Assembly: GCA_963801815.1 (NCBI GenBank)
Contig: CAWDGJ010000002.1
Span: forward strand, 768,001-832,000
Direction of reading: 5' to 3'
DNA: 64,000 nt
From: an uncultured Verrucomicrobiae bacterium
GTDB lineage: Bacteria > Verrucomicrobiota > Verrucomicrobiia > Chthoniobacterales > UBA10450
The notes below the pieces were generated by a model. It did not search any database. It was given only the letters and a program-made list of their open reading frames with translations, and had not been told where the DNA came from. Shown in pieces: positions 33,448 through 43,119 of the stretch. A program made the translations under genes and the position numbers. The first letter of the stretch is position 1. Every line of letters begins with the position of its first letter.

Positions 33448-34157
33448 GCAACGTCTCGGTGGTGATTCCGGCCCTGAACGAGGAAGAACCGATCGCCGGC
33501 GTCGTCCGCGAATGCCTCACCACAAAAATTCCGAACGAGATCATCGTGGTCGACAACGGCAGTAGCGATCGAACTGCGGATCGCGCACGTGAAGCAGGCG
33601 CACGAGTCGTAACCGAACCGCGACACGGTTATGGCCGCGCCTGCGCCGCAGGAGTCCGCGCAGTTTCGCCAAGTTCGGAGGTAATTCTCTTTCTCGACGG
33701 CGACGGAGCGGATTGCCCCGAGTTCATATCGCAACTCGTCGATCCGATCGCGGCCGATAAATATGATTTCGTGATCGGTTCTCGCACTCGCGGTCAACGC
33801 GAACCGGGCAGCATGAATTTCCAACAAGTTTTTGCGGGTCGATTCGCCGGTTGGCTGATGTCGATCTTATACGGCGTTCGTTACACCGACATGTCACCGT
33901 TTCGCGCGATCCGGCGCGACGCCTTGGAAAGATTGTCGATGAAGGAAGAAACTTACGGCTGGAATTTGGAAATGCAGATGAAAGCTGCGCGCTCCGGGTT
34001 GCGAATTCTTGAAGTGCCGGTCAATCATCGCTGTCGCACTGGTGGCGTATCGAAAGTTTCCGGGACACTGCGCGGAACATTCGTCGCCGGCGCGCGAATC
34101 TTGGCAACCTTTTTGAGAATTGCGATGAGCAGAAAGCCACAGATGCACACAGATTGA
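33444..34157 (+). CDS. Glycosyltransferase family 2
   Basis: VIPALNEE, VVDNGSSD, FLDGD, GSR. Confidence 0.93.
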   Translation: MSNVSVVIPALNEEEPIAGVVRECLTTKIPNEIIVVDNGSSDRTADRAREAGARVVTEPRHGYGRACAAGVRAVSPSSEVILFLDGDGADCPEFISQLVDPIAADKYDFVIGSRTRGQREPGSMNFQQVFAGRFAGWLMSILYGVRYTDMSPFRAIRRDALERLSMKEETYGWNLEMQMKAARSGLRILEVPVNHRCRTGGVSKVSGTLRGTFVAGARILATFLRIAMSRKPQMHTD

Positions 34158-34216
34158 CACAGATTTGCAAAAAACAGTTGTCTGCCGATCTGTGTTTATC
34201 CGTGTTAATCTGTGGC
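34135..34216. repeat. ACACAGAT/ATCTGTGT tandem-repeat inverted element overlapping the GT2 stop
   Basis: GCCACAGATGCACACAGATTGACACAGAT ... ATCTGTGTTTATCCGTGTTAATCTGTGGC. Confidence 0.8.
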
Positions 34217-34229
34217 GGACCGATTTCGG

Positions 34230-35794
34230 ATGAACTCACCTTACGAATTGCGCACGGGCAGAGCAGTCTTTGCTGGCTTGCTGGCTGGACTTGTCGCTGG
34301 AATCGCGATGACGGTCGTGATGCTGTTGCTCGCATGGTTCGGCGTGGCGACGCCGCTCGCGATCATTGGCGATCGCCTTTCGGTTTTCATTAAACCTGGA
34401 CCATTCCTCGGGTTGATGGGCCGCGTCGGCGGATACAATCATCTCAAACAACTCGGCGTGGGATCGACGATGGCGGGCCAGTTGCTCGTCAGCGCGCTTG
34501 GCGGCGCGGTGTTTGGTTTGTTGATGCGACGTAATCCACGGCGTGGCGTTACGGCATGGACGATGTCGATCTTCGTCGTCTTGCCAATTATCGCGCTCGC
34601 GGTTCTTCTCTGGCCGGTTCTCGGCACAAGCTACATCGGTTTCCCGATCGCCTCGGCACGAATGATCACGTTGATTGGCTTTGCGCTGAGCGTTTTGGTT
34701 TTTGAGCGAACACTCGTGGGAAGTTTTCATTTTCTCACCCGATCGAAAGCGCAAGGCGACAGCACGGAATTTTCGCCGCCAATTGGCCGCCGCGCGTTGA
34801 TCCTGAGCGGGCTCGGCGTTGCTGGTCACTGGTGGCGGGGTTGCGTTGTTGAGAAAACTCTACGACGACGCGGCGTTCAGTTACGACGGCACACAATACA
34901 AAGGCCGCATCGTCAAGCCGATCACGCCTAACGAGTTGTTCTATTGCGTCACCAAGAATGTGATTGATCCGAGCGTGGATGAAGATCTCTGGCATTTGGA
35001 AGTGAATGGGCTCGTTCAAAATCCAAGAGCATATCGATTTCAGGACTTGGAAGGGTTCACAAAAGTCGAACAGGAAACGACGCTGATGTGCATCAGCAAC
35101 GGACTCGACGCCGGATTGATGAGCAACGCAGTTTGGAAAGGCATCGCCCTGGTTGACTTGCTCGACGCCGCTGGCCCGTTGGCCGGCGCCAAGCGCGTTC
35201 GACTCTATGGCGTTGATAATTACACCGACACGATCCCGATTGAGAAAGCGCTCGAGCCCACCACGCTGCTCGCCTTAGAAATGAACGGCGAGGAATTGCC
35301 CGACCGGCACGGCTATCCGATGCGCGCGATTGTTCCCGGATATTTCGGTGAGAAACACGTGAAATGGCTGACTCGCATCGAGCTCACCGGCGCCGACGCG
35401 AAAGGCTTTTACGAAACCCAGGGCTGGGGCCCGGACTTCATCGTGCCGACACGATCGCGAATTGACGTTCCTGATCACAATTCACGATTCTCGATTCACG
35501 AATCACCGGTCAAAATTAAAGGCATCGCGTTTGGCGGCGATCGCGGAATTTCGCGCGTCGAAATCAGCGACGACGACGGCGAAACGTGGGCTGACGCGAA
35601 GATTGATTATCCAGGGACAAAATTAACCTGGGCGCTTTGGAGTTATGACTGGCAACCCGATGGTCCCGATGATTACACGACTGGTCGTCCGCGCCACCGA
35701 CGGTGAAGGCGAGGTTCAGGAATGGGAAGAAGACCGCAGTCCGTTCTCCGGCGTCACCGGCTTTCATAAAATCAACGTGCATGTGATTGCGTAG
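34230..35794 (+). CDS. Membrane-anchored molybdopterin oxidoreductase (sulfite oxidase family), two +1 frameshifts (about 34818 and 35680)
   Basis: N-terminal TM helices, ITPNELFY, TLMCISN, HGYPMR..VPG.FG.K.VKWL; C-terminus LVVRATDG...HKINVHVIA* in the shifted frame. Confidence 0.85.
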
Positions 35795-35801
35795 TGAGTC
35801 A

Positions 35802-35947
35802 GGTAGGGGCGGTTGATTCGCTCGTGCCCACTCGCTCACCCTCTCGGGCTATCCCGTCTATGTCGCTCGGCTCCCGCCGGCTCCATTCACCGAACCGCCC
35901 GTAAATGCCAGTCCGGCTCGGACCGATTGAGGTCAATCACCCCTACC
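35802..35947. repeat. GTAG-type REP doublet with two nested inserts
   Basis: GGTAGGGGCGGTT[insert]CACCGAACCGCCC ... [AATGCCAGTCCGGCTCGGACC]GATTGAGGTCAATCACCCCTACC. Confidence 0.7.
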
Positions 35948-36738
35948 TCTGACACTTCGCGCACCAGGCGGTGGTGCGGCCGGCGACGGTGGCGTGGCGA
36001 AGTGGAATGCGATGGATGGGGCAGGTGCCACCGCGTTTCCATTTTTGATGAATCAGCCAGTTGCTTTGGAGGATCAGAGAAATCTTTGCCGAGCGTTTCG
36101 AGCGAGCGGCGCACAACCCATTTGGTTGCGCGGAAAATAGCGGCGCGTTCGCGGGTTGTGAGCTTTCGAATTCGTCTCGACGGCAAAACTTTCGCGCGCC
36201 ACAGAATTTCGTCGGCCATCCAGTTTCCGATTCCCGGGAAACCACTCTGCATCAGGAGGGCGGCTTTGATCGGTGCCTTGCGATGCCGATCGAGAACTCG
36301 TTGAAAAGTTTCTGATCGAATTCGTGTGAATCGATTTCTGGCGGACGACTTCTTCCACCAGTCGGGTTCGTCTTTGCCGTGATGAAAACGAACGTGCCCG
36401 AGTTGGCGCGAATCGGTGAAAACAAGTGCACGCTCGCGTTGAACAAGAACCAGATGATCGTGTTTGCCCGGGCGAAAATCCGTCGACTCGACGTGCGTTT
36501 TGCCGGTCATCCCGAGATGAATGCCGAGCCAGCTATTTTCTGAAAACTCGAACAGCATTTGTTTGCCGCTTCGTTTCGATCGCAACAGGGTTTGGCCGAT
36601 CAAATTCTCACGAAGTGCATCGCCATCGGTCCCGCGGAAGACGTATTTCCGGGAATGCGCCTCAACCTCGACGACTTCGTGGCCGATTCCGGCGTTCCAC
36701 TGTTTGCGAAACCATTCGACCTCCGCCAGCTCTGGCAT
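35943..36738 (-). CDS. Fpg/Nei-family DNA glycosylase, three indels (about 36350, 36295, 36065)
   Basis: MPELAEVE, HLGMTG, GIGNWMADEILW; zinc finger CPIH...CAKCQ in the shifted frame. Confidence 0.85.
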
Positions 36739-36741
36739 GCA

Positions 36742-39700
36742 TTAAGGTAATTCGATCGCTAAGGCTGCAGTCAATCCCGCCGGAACGGACAAATCGTGCA
36801 CGATCCAGCGATCCGCTGGTCGTTGGGCCGACGGGACACCAAACGGAATTACGTCCGTCGGCAGTTCGATGTTTGCCAGATCGTGGCGCAAACCTTCGCC
36901 AGTCGCTTTAACGTAAGCTTCTTTTCGCGTCCACGTCCGCAAGAAGGCGGCAGAGCGGTGCGCCGGATTTGGAATTGCGGTCCAAACCTCGAGCTCACGT
37001 TCGGACAGAACGCGCGCAGCGAGTTTGGATAATGATTCCTCGTCGGCTGGAAGTGATTCGGCCGATTCCAAATCCACGCCCAACTCGCGGTCCCAACTGG
37101 TTGCGATTAACGCCCAGCCTGCAGCGTGAGAAAGATTGAACTTTAGCTTTCGCTGATCGCCCGCTCTGTTTTGAACTTCCGGTTTTCCCTGCGCGGATTT
37201 TTCCAAGACGAGCGCTGTCGGCGAACAGTCAAGGATTCCTGCGAGCCCAAGGCGGAGAAGGCCGTGAGCAGCAACGTAGCGATGCCGATCTCGCTTGAGG
37301 TAAAATTGCTCGGCGCGCGTGCGCTCGGAAGAATCGAGCGAAGCGAATAACTGCGTAATTTCGTCCGGTGAAAAGGAATCGAGATGGGCGATCCAAAGTT
37401 GGACACCGCTTTCCGGAGACGACAGCGACTTAAGATGTTGCCCCGCTCCTGACAAGATTTCTGGTTTCAGATAAGCGCCACAGTTCATTGCCGGAAACTC
37501 AGTTCTTCGGGAACTGAAGACCGCGACTGAGTACGGATTCACGGCTCCCCTTTGCAGGCAACGATCGATTGTTTCCGCCAAGGGACCGACGTGCGCGGTA
37601 ATGCATTCGAGATGGCTGCCCTTTAGTTGATATACCGAGGCCTTATGAGCCAATCGCCGCCATGCGCGGTCGAGATGATCGCCGCGTTCCAGCAGGTCTT
37701 CAGAGAGAAGCACGGACATCGGACCGCGGTATGGTTTTGGCCGATAACCTGTGGCCGCCCACAGAAAACTTGAAGCCACATCTCGCTCCGGGATTCCCTC
37801 GTCTTGTGCCGTGGATATCGTCGGCCGATTGCGGGACAAGGCAGAGATAGTGCGATTTCGGATTTTCCGCATCGCAGATCGGAGCTTTTCGGCGATCTCG
37901 AGTTTCCACCACCAAGCAAATTTTGCCCGGAGCAGCGCCCACTGTTTAAATCGGTCCAGTTGCGTAGTGCCGTCCCAACGGAGCCATTCACCAAGAGTTT
38001 CGCAGACCCACCGCAATGCCTGCAACGGCTTGTCTCGCGGTTCGGCATCGATAAGAACTAACATTTCGACCGTCTCGCCACTGGCGATAATCTGCTGAGC
38101 AAGTTCGTAAGCGACAATCGCGCCCAGACAGAATCCTCCGATGATGTATGGACCTTTCGGCTGGACTGTGCGGATCGCTTTCAAATGGGCTGAGGCCATC
38201 CGTTCAATGCTCGGCATCTGTGATGGGTGGCCTATCTGTTGGGGCGGCAGAACGTAAAGAGGTTGATCCGTCCCTAAGGCTCGCGACAGCTTCAACGTAT
38301 AAAATCCGCCGCCAAGAAGGTCTCCGTGCAAATAAAAGAACGGCGTCCGCGATCCATGCTCTTGAATCGTCAGCAAGCTGGCTGATTCATCGATGACTTC
38401 GTGGACGATTTCGGCAGCCAGGGCTTCGACGGTCGGATTCTCCGCGAATTTGTATGACGAATCGATTGTCGTGCCGCAAAGATCTTCGGCGCGTTGCAAC
38501 ATGCGCGAGACCAACTTCGGATTGCCGCCAAGCTCGAAAAAGTTGTCCCGGATTCCGATTCCTCGAACGCCGAGCAGCTCTTCCCAAATGGCGATGAGCT
38601 CGAGTTGAAGGCTAAGGTACGGGCGCACCTTTTGATTTGAGCCGCGCTTTGCTTTTCCAATCCAGCCCGCGACGGCGTTCGGATATTTCGTTTCCAGCAA
38701 TTTCGCCATTGCTGCCACGGTGGGCGCCTCGATGAAAATTGCTGGCGAAAGACGCTGGCCGAGATTTTCCGACAATTGATTTACAACCTGGAGTCCCGTC
38801 AGAGAATGGCCTCCCAGATCGAAGAAGCTCTCAAACGGATTCACGTGATCCAAGCCAAGAACGCCGGCCCAAATCGCGGCGAGTTTTTGCTCCAAAGATG
38901 TGCGAGGTGCTGCAACCCGGACGGTCGGTTCATCATGAAAATCGGGAATCGGCAGGGCGGACCGATCCAGTTTGCCATTCGCCATGCGGGGCAGCTCTGA
39001 TAAGGTCGTGATGACGGATGGCACCATGTAATCCGGCAGCGATTTGCGCAGTGTCGCGAAAAGTTTTTCGGGGGACGCCTGTCCGACCACGCAGGCGACG
39101 AGGCGCTTTTCCCCACGGACGTCTTCGCCTGCGACGACAGCGGCATCATGAACGTCGGGCTGCCGTTTCAACGCAGCTTCAATTTCACCGGGTTCCACGC
39201 GAAAACCGCGCAGCTTAATCTGGCTGTCTTTCCGGCCGAGGAATTCGATCACACCGTCGTCGCGCCAGCGTGCCAGGTCGCCAGTCCTGTAGAGTTTGGA
39301 TCCATGACTGAATGGATCCGCGACAAATTTTTCTGCGGTCAATTTCTCTTTCCGCCAATATTCGCGCGCGAGTCCATCACCACCGATGCACAATTCACCG
39401 AGCGCGCCGATCGGAACCGGTTTCAAATTGGGGTCGAGAACATAAGCGGTAGTGTTATTGATCGGCTTCCCGATTGGAATGGAACGGTCTGAAGGCGCAA
39501 CCGACCGAATTGGATGGCAACATGCGAAAGTCGTACTTTCAGTTGGCCCATAGCCGTTTATCAGACGCGTGTTGGGCAAGGCGTTCAGGGCTTTGCAAAC
39601 ATGGGGAGCGGAAAGAACGTCTCCGCCAGTCAGCAGCTGACGTAATGGCTGCAGATCTTTCACGCGCTCATCGACCATCACGTTAAACAAACCGGCCGTA

Positions 39701-41895
39701 AGCCAGAGTGTGGTTACTGCATATTCCGCAATCGCGCGTCCAATCTCTTCAAGAGTTGGTGGTGCCGGCGGCATGACCGCCAATTTTCCGCCATTTAAAA
39801 GCGGACCCCAGATTTCAAATGTGGACGCGTCGAACGAGATCGGCGCGAGTTGGAGGAATGTCTCGTCGGCCGAGAAGGACGCGTAGTTGGTATTCTTCAC
39901 CAACCTGACGACGGCACGATGCGGAACCGCAACACCTTTCGGAGTCCCGGTCGATCCCGACGTGTACATAATGTAAGCAATGTCGGTGGCGGCGAGGTCA
40001 AGCTGAGGACTCGTCGCCTCTTCTGCCGGGAATGATTCGGTATCGATGCAAATAATCTTTGGATTCCGCTTTGGTTTGCCGAGATCTTCTAGAAGTTTGT
40101 TCTGGGTCAAAATTACCGGCGTTTCCGTGTCGGAAATCATCGAGGTGATTCGTTCGGCTGGATACGATGGATCGAGTGGAACGTAAGCTCCTCCCGCTTT
40201 GAGGACGGCCAGAAGCGCCACCACCATTTCCAGCGAACGCTCCATGTAGACGCCGACTGGCACATTGCGTCCAACTCCGAGCTTCTGTAACCGCGTCGCC
40301 AAACAATTCGCGCGCCGATTCAGTTCTGCGTAAGTCAACTTTGTTTCGCCGAAGGCGATGGCGACTGCTGCCGGTGTCCGCGAGACTTGCTGCTCAAAGA
40401 TTTGATGGATCGTCGCGTTGCGAGGGTAATCGGTTCGCGTTCCGCTCCATTCTACCGGCGGCAGTCGGGACGTATCCTGCCAAACCGCTCTGACCAGATT
40501 GCTCACTGTTTCAGTTGGAGTAGCGACGATTCTGTCGAGCAATTTCAGCCAGCGAGACTTTAGTAGCTGAATCGTTTCGCGTTCGAAAAGGTCGGTGTTG
40601 TAGATAAAATTTCCAGCCAGTCGTCCCTCGCGATCCTCGAGACCGAGCTGGAGATCGAATTTCGCCGTGTCCGCTTTGACATCCATGTAGGCAAAACCCC
40701 ACCCGGGCTGAAGCGGATCGAGAGGCGGCTCCATTACCATCAGGACCTGCAGTAGCGGAGCGCGGCTCGGATCGCGTTTGCGGGCGAACTTCTGGACCAA
40801 CAACTCAAACGGCGTCTCATGCGAGAGCGCTTCGAGAACTGTAACTCGCACCCGCGCGACGAGATCGACAAATCGATCCGCTTTTGAAAACGAACACCGG
40901 ATCGGAATCGTGTTCAAAAAGCAACCGAGCAGATCCATCGTCTCCGCGCGGTCGCGGCCACTGCTGATTCCGCCGACGACAATATCTTCCTGCCCGGTGT
41001 ATCCGTGAAGCAACGCGGTAAACGCCGCGGCCATCACTGCGAACGGCGCGGCCCGTTGATCCCGGCTTAACGCCTTCAGCGCAGCGTTCGTTTCGCTTGA
41101 AACCTCGAACAGCTCCATCGCCCCCGGATAAGTTGGTGACGGCGGGGGTGGATGATCAGTTTTTAAATTCAGAGCCGGCAAATCAGCCAGGGCACTTTTC
41201 CAATATGAGAGGTCCTGCGACGGAATCGATTTGATGGACTTCCGCTGCCAGGCTGCGTAATCGGAATATTGAATCGGCAAATCGGGAAGCTGCGGCGACT
41301 GATTTTTGGAAAACGCTTCGTAACCCGCCACTAACTCAGGCAACAACACCCGATAAAGCGAGACGCCGTCAAAAATAATATGGTGAAGCGTGATGTAGAG
41401 ACGGTGTTCATCGTCGCGCATCCGCACGAGACGGAGCCGATACATTGGGCCCGTTGCCAGATCGAAAGCCTGATGCATGTCGGCGGTGGCGAGACGAAGC
41501 GCTTCGGCTTGGGGCTGTGGATGCCGGCGAAGATCGACAATTGGAATTTCTACGCGCTTCGGCGCGGGCCGAACAATTTGGACACACTCATCGCCGTCCC
41601 ATTTGAAAGTGGTCCGCCAGGCTTCGTGGCGACGAACAATTTCGGTAAAGCTTCGTTCCAGAGCCGAAATGTCCAGCGGGCCATACCGATAAATCGTGAT
41701 CGGTTCGTTGTAGATCAACCAACCGGCGGCGAGTTGCGAATGCAGCCAAATTTGCCGCTGTGGATAAGACAGCGGCGTCGGCCCAGATTCTTCTCTTCTT
41801 GGAATCGTTGCCGGCTTTGCACCGCGGAGATACTGCTTTAGCAGGGCGCTCCGCGCTTCCGAAATTCCGGCTACGGTTTTCTCGTGAGGCTGCAT
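36742..41895 (-). CDS. NRPS: C-A-T-T(no Ser)-TE(Cys)-Sfp-type PPTase; the PPTase fusion may be an indel artefact
   Basis: HHIIFDG; YTSGSTGTPKG and YRTGDL; FFDLGGHSL; FFELGGNPK; GGFCLG; FNLSH...GVDLE...WTRKEAYVKA. Confidence 0.93.
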   Translation of the reverse strand: MQPHEKTVAGISEARSALLKQYLRGAKPATIPRREESGPTPLSYPQRQIWLHSQLAAGWLIYNEPITIYRYGPLDISALERSFTEIVRRHEAWRTTFKWDGDECVQIVRPAPKRVEIPIVDLRRHPQPQAEALRLATADMHQAFDLATGPMYRLRLVRMRDDEHRLYITLHHIIFDGVSLYRVLLPELVAGYEAFSKNQSPQLPDLPIQYSDYAAWQRKSIKSIPSQDLSYWKSALADLPALNLKTDHPPPPSPTYPGAMELFEVSSETNAALKALSRDQRAAPFAVMAAAFTALLHGYTGQEDIVVGGISSGRDRAETMDLLGCFLNTIPIRCSFSKADRFVDLVARVRVTVLEALSHETPFELLVQKFARKRDPSRAPLLQVLMVMEPPLDPLQPGWGFAYMDVKADTAKFDLQLGLEDREGRLAGNFIYNTDLFERETIQLLKSRWLKLLDRIVATPTETVSNLVRAVWQDTSRLPPVEWSGTRTDYPRNATIHQIFEQQVSRTPAAVAIAFGETKLTYAELNRRANCLATRLQKLGVGRNVPVGVYMERSLEMVVALLAVLKAGGAYVPLDPSYPAERITSMISDTETPVILTQNKLLEDLGKPKRNPKIICIDTESFPAEEATSPQLDLAATDIAYIMYTSGSTGTPKGVAVPHRAVVRLVKNTNYASFSADETFLQLAPISFDASTFEIWGPLLNGGKLAVMPPAPPTLEEIGRAIAEYAVTTLWLTAGLFNVMVDERVKDLQPLRQLLTGGDVLSAPHVCKALNALPNTRLINGYGPTESTTFACCHPIRSVAPSDRSIPIGKPINNTTAYVLDPNLKPVPIGALGELCIGGDGLAREYWRKEKLTAEKFVADPFSHGSKLYRTGDLARWRDDGVIEFLGRKDSQIKLRGFRVEPGEIEAALKRQPDVHDAAVVAGEDVRGEKRLVACVVGQASPEKLFATLRKSLPDYMVPSVITTLSELPRMANGKLDRSALPIPDFHDEPTVRVAAPRTSLEQKLAAIWAGVLGLDHVNPFESFFDLGGHSLTGLQVVNQLSENLGQRLSPAIFIEAPTVAAMAKLLETKYPNAVAGWIGKAKRGSNQKVRPYLSLQLELIAIWEELLGVRGIGIRDNFFELGGNPKLVSRMLQRAEDLCGTTIDSSYKFAENPTVEALAAEIVHEVIDESASLLTIQEHGSRTPFFYLHGDLLGGGFYTLKLSRALGTDQPLYVLPPQQIGHPSQMPSIERMASAHLKAIRTVQPKGPYIIGGFCLGAIVAYELAQQIIASGETVEMLVLIDAEPRDKPLQALRWVCETLGEWLRWDGTTQLDRFKQWALLRAKFAWWWKLEIAEKLRSAMRKIRNRTISALSRNRPTISTAQDEGIPERDVASSFLWAATGYRPKPYRGPMSVLLSEDLLERGDHLDRAWRRLAHKASVYQLKGSHLECITAHVGPLAETIDRCLQRGAVNPYSVAVFSSRRTEFPAMNCGAYLKPEILSGAGQHLKSLSSPESGVQLWIAHLDSFSPDEITQLFASLDSSERTRAEQFYLKRDRHRYVAAHGLLRLGLAGILDCSPTALVLEKSAQGKPEVQNRAGDQRKLKFNLSHAAGWALIATSWDRELGVDLESAESLPADEESLSKLAARVLSERELEVWTAIPNPAHRSAAFLRTWTRKEAYVKATGEGLRHDLANIELPTDVIPFGVPSAQRPADRWIVHDLSVPAGLTAALAIELP

Positions 41896-43119
41896 TCAGT
41901 TTTTGGAAAATGTTACCGGCAACGCGGTGAGTCCGCGCAGACCTGAGTTTTCCCGCCAGGTCAATGGCCCGGGTTTGAGGTTCAGGCTCCCCAGTCTGCG
42001 CAAAAGGACTTCGAAAGAAATTTGTCCCTCCATGCGCGCCAGCGGCGCGCCGAAACAGAAATGACTCGACCAGCCAAAGGCGAGATGCTTGTTGTCTTTG
42101 CGATCTAGAATAAGCCGATCCGGATCCGGAAAACGTTCCGGGTCACGGTTAGCCGCGGCCATGATGGCCATCACTGCCTGCCCTTTTCGGATTTTCTTTC
42201 CGCCAAGATCGACATCTTCACGAGCGATGCGACCGGTGTGCTGGCTTGGGCTTTCGTAACGCAGCAGTTCCTCGATGGCGGACGGAATGAGATCTCGATT
42301 GTCCAGCAAGCGGTGAAATTCTTCGCCATTTTGCATCAGGGTGAACAGACCGCTGCCAATGAGATTGGTCGTCGTCTCTTGTCCGCCGACCATCGTGACA
42401 ATGCAATTCGCGACGATCTCCTCTTCTGATAACCGATCGCCATCCAATTCGGCGGTCATAAATGAGTGAATCAATCCCTCCTTGGGATGTGTGCGCATTC
42501 TTCGGATCGCTTCCTTAAAGTAATTCACGAGATTGTTTGTGCTCGCGAGCACTCGCGAAACGCGATCGGGGTTGTGTTGAAAATTTCCGAGCATCTCGGC
42601 AAAGTCGGCCGACCATTTCTTAAGGTTCACGTGGTCCTCGGTCGGCACGCCGAGCATTTCCGCCGTGACAATGGCCGGCAACGGCGCGGCGAAGTCTGCG
42701 ATGATGTCCATTTGTCCACGATCTTGAACTTTATCGACCAAATTCTCCGCGATTTCCTGGATGTGTGATCGCAACGCCGCGACGCGCTGCGGTGTGAACG
42801 CGGTCGAGGCGAGGCCACGCAGGCGGGCGTGAGCCGGACCATCCATGAAAAGCATTTGCTTCACCATCACCTTGGCAATCGGGTTCAGCGCGGAAAGGCC
42901 CATGCTGGAAAGTTGTTCCGGCGTCGGGGTGCGATCGGCTGAGAAAGCACTGAGCACGGTCACTACATCGTCATACCGGGTCACGACCCACGTCTGCAGA
43001 AAGCGGTCCCAATGGACTGGATCTTCCGACCGCAGTTTATGATAGAGAGGATAAGGATTTGCCAGAACCTCCGGTTCCAGCAATCGGACAAGACTCAAAC
43101 TGGCATCCGATGAGGGCAT
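41896..43119 (-). CDS. Cytochrome P450
   Basis: GGQETT, EELLRYE, FGWSSHFCFG heme motif. Confidence 0.96.
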   Translation of the reverse strand: MPSSDASLSLVRLLEPEVLANPYPLYHKLRSEDPVHWDRFLQTWVVTRYDDVVTVLSAFSADRTPTPEQLSSMGLSALNPIAKVMVKQMLFMDGPAHARLRGLASTAFTPQRVAALRSHIQEIAENLVDKVQDRGQMDIIADFAAPLPAIVTAEMLGVPTEDHVNLKKWSADFAEMLGNFQHNPDRVSRVLASTNNLVNYFKEAIRRMRTHPKEGLIHSFMTAELDGDRLSEEEIVANCIVTMVGGQETTTNLIGSGLFTLMQNGEEFHRLLDNRDLIPSAIEELLRYESPSQHTGRIAREDVDLGGKKIRKGQAVMAIMAAANRDPERFPDPDRLILDRKDNKHLAFGWSSHFCFGAPLARMEGQISFEVLLRRLGSLNLKPGPLTWRENSGLRGLTALPVTFSKN

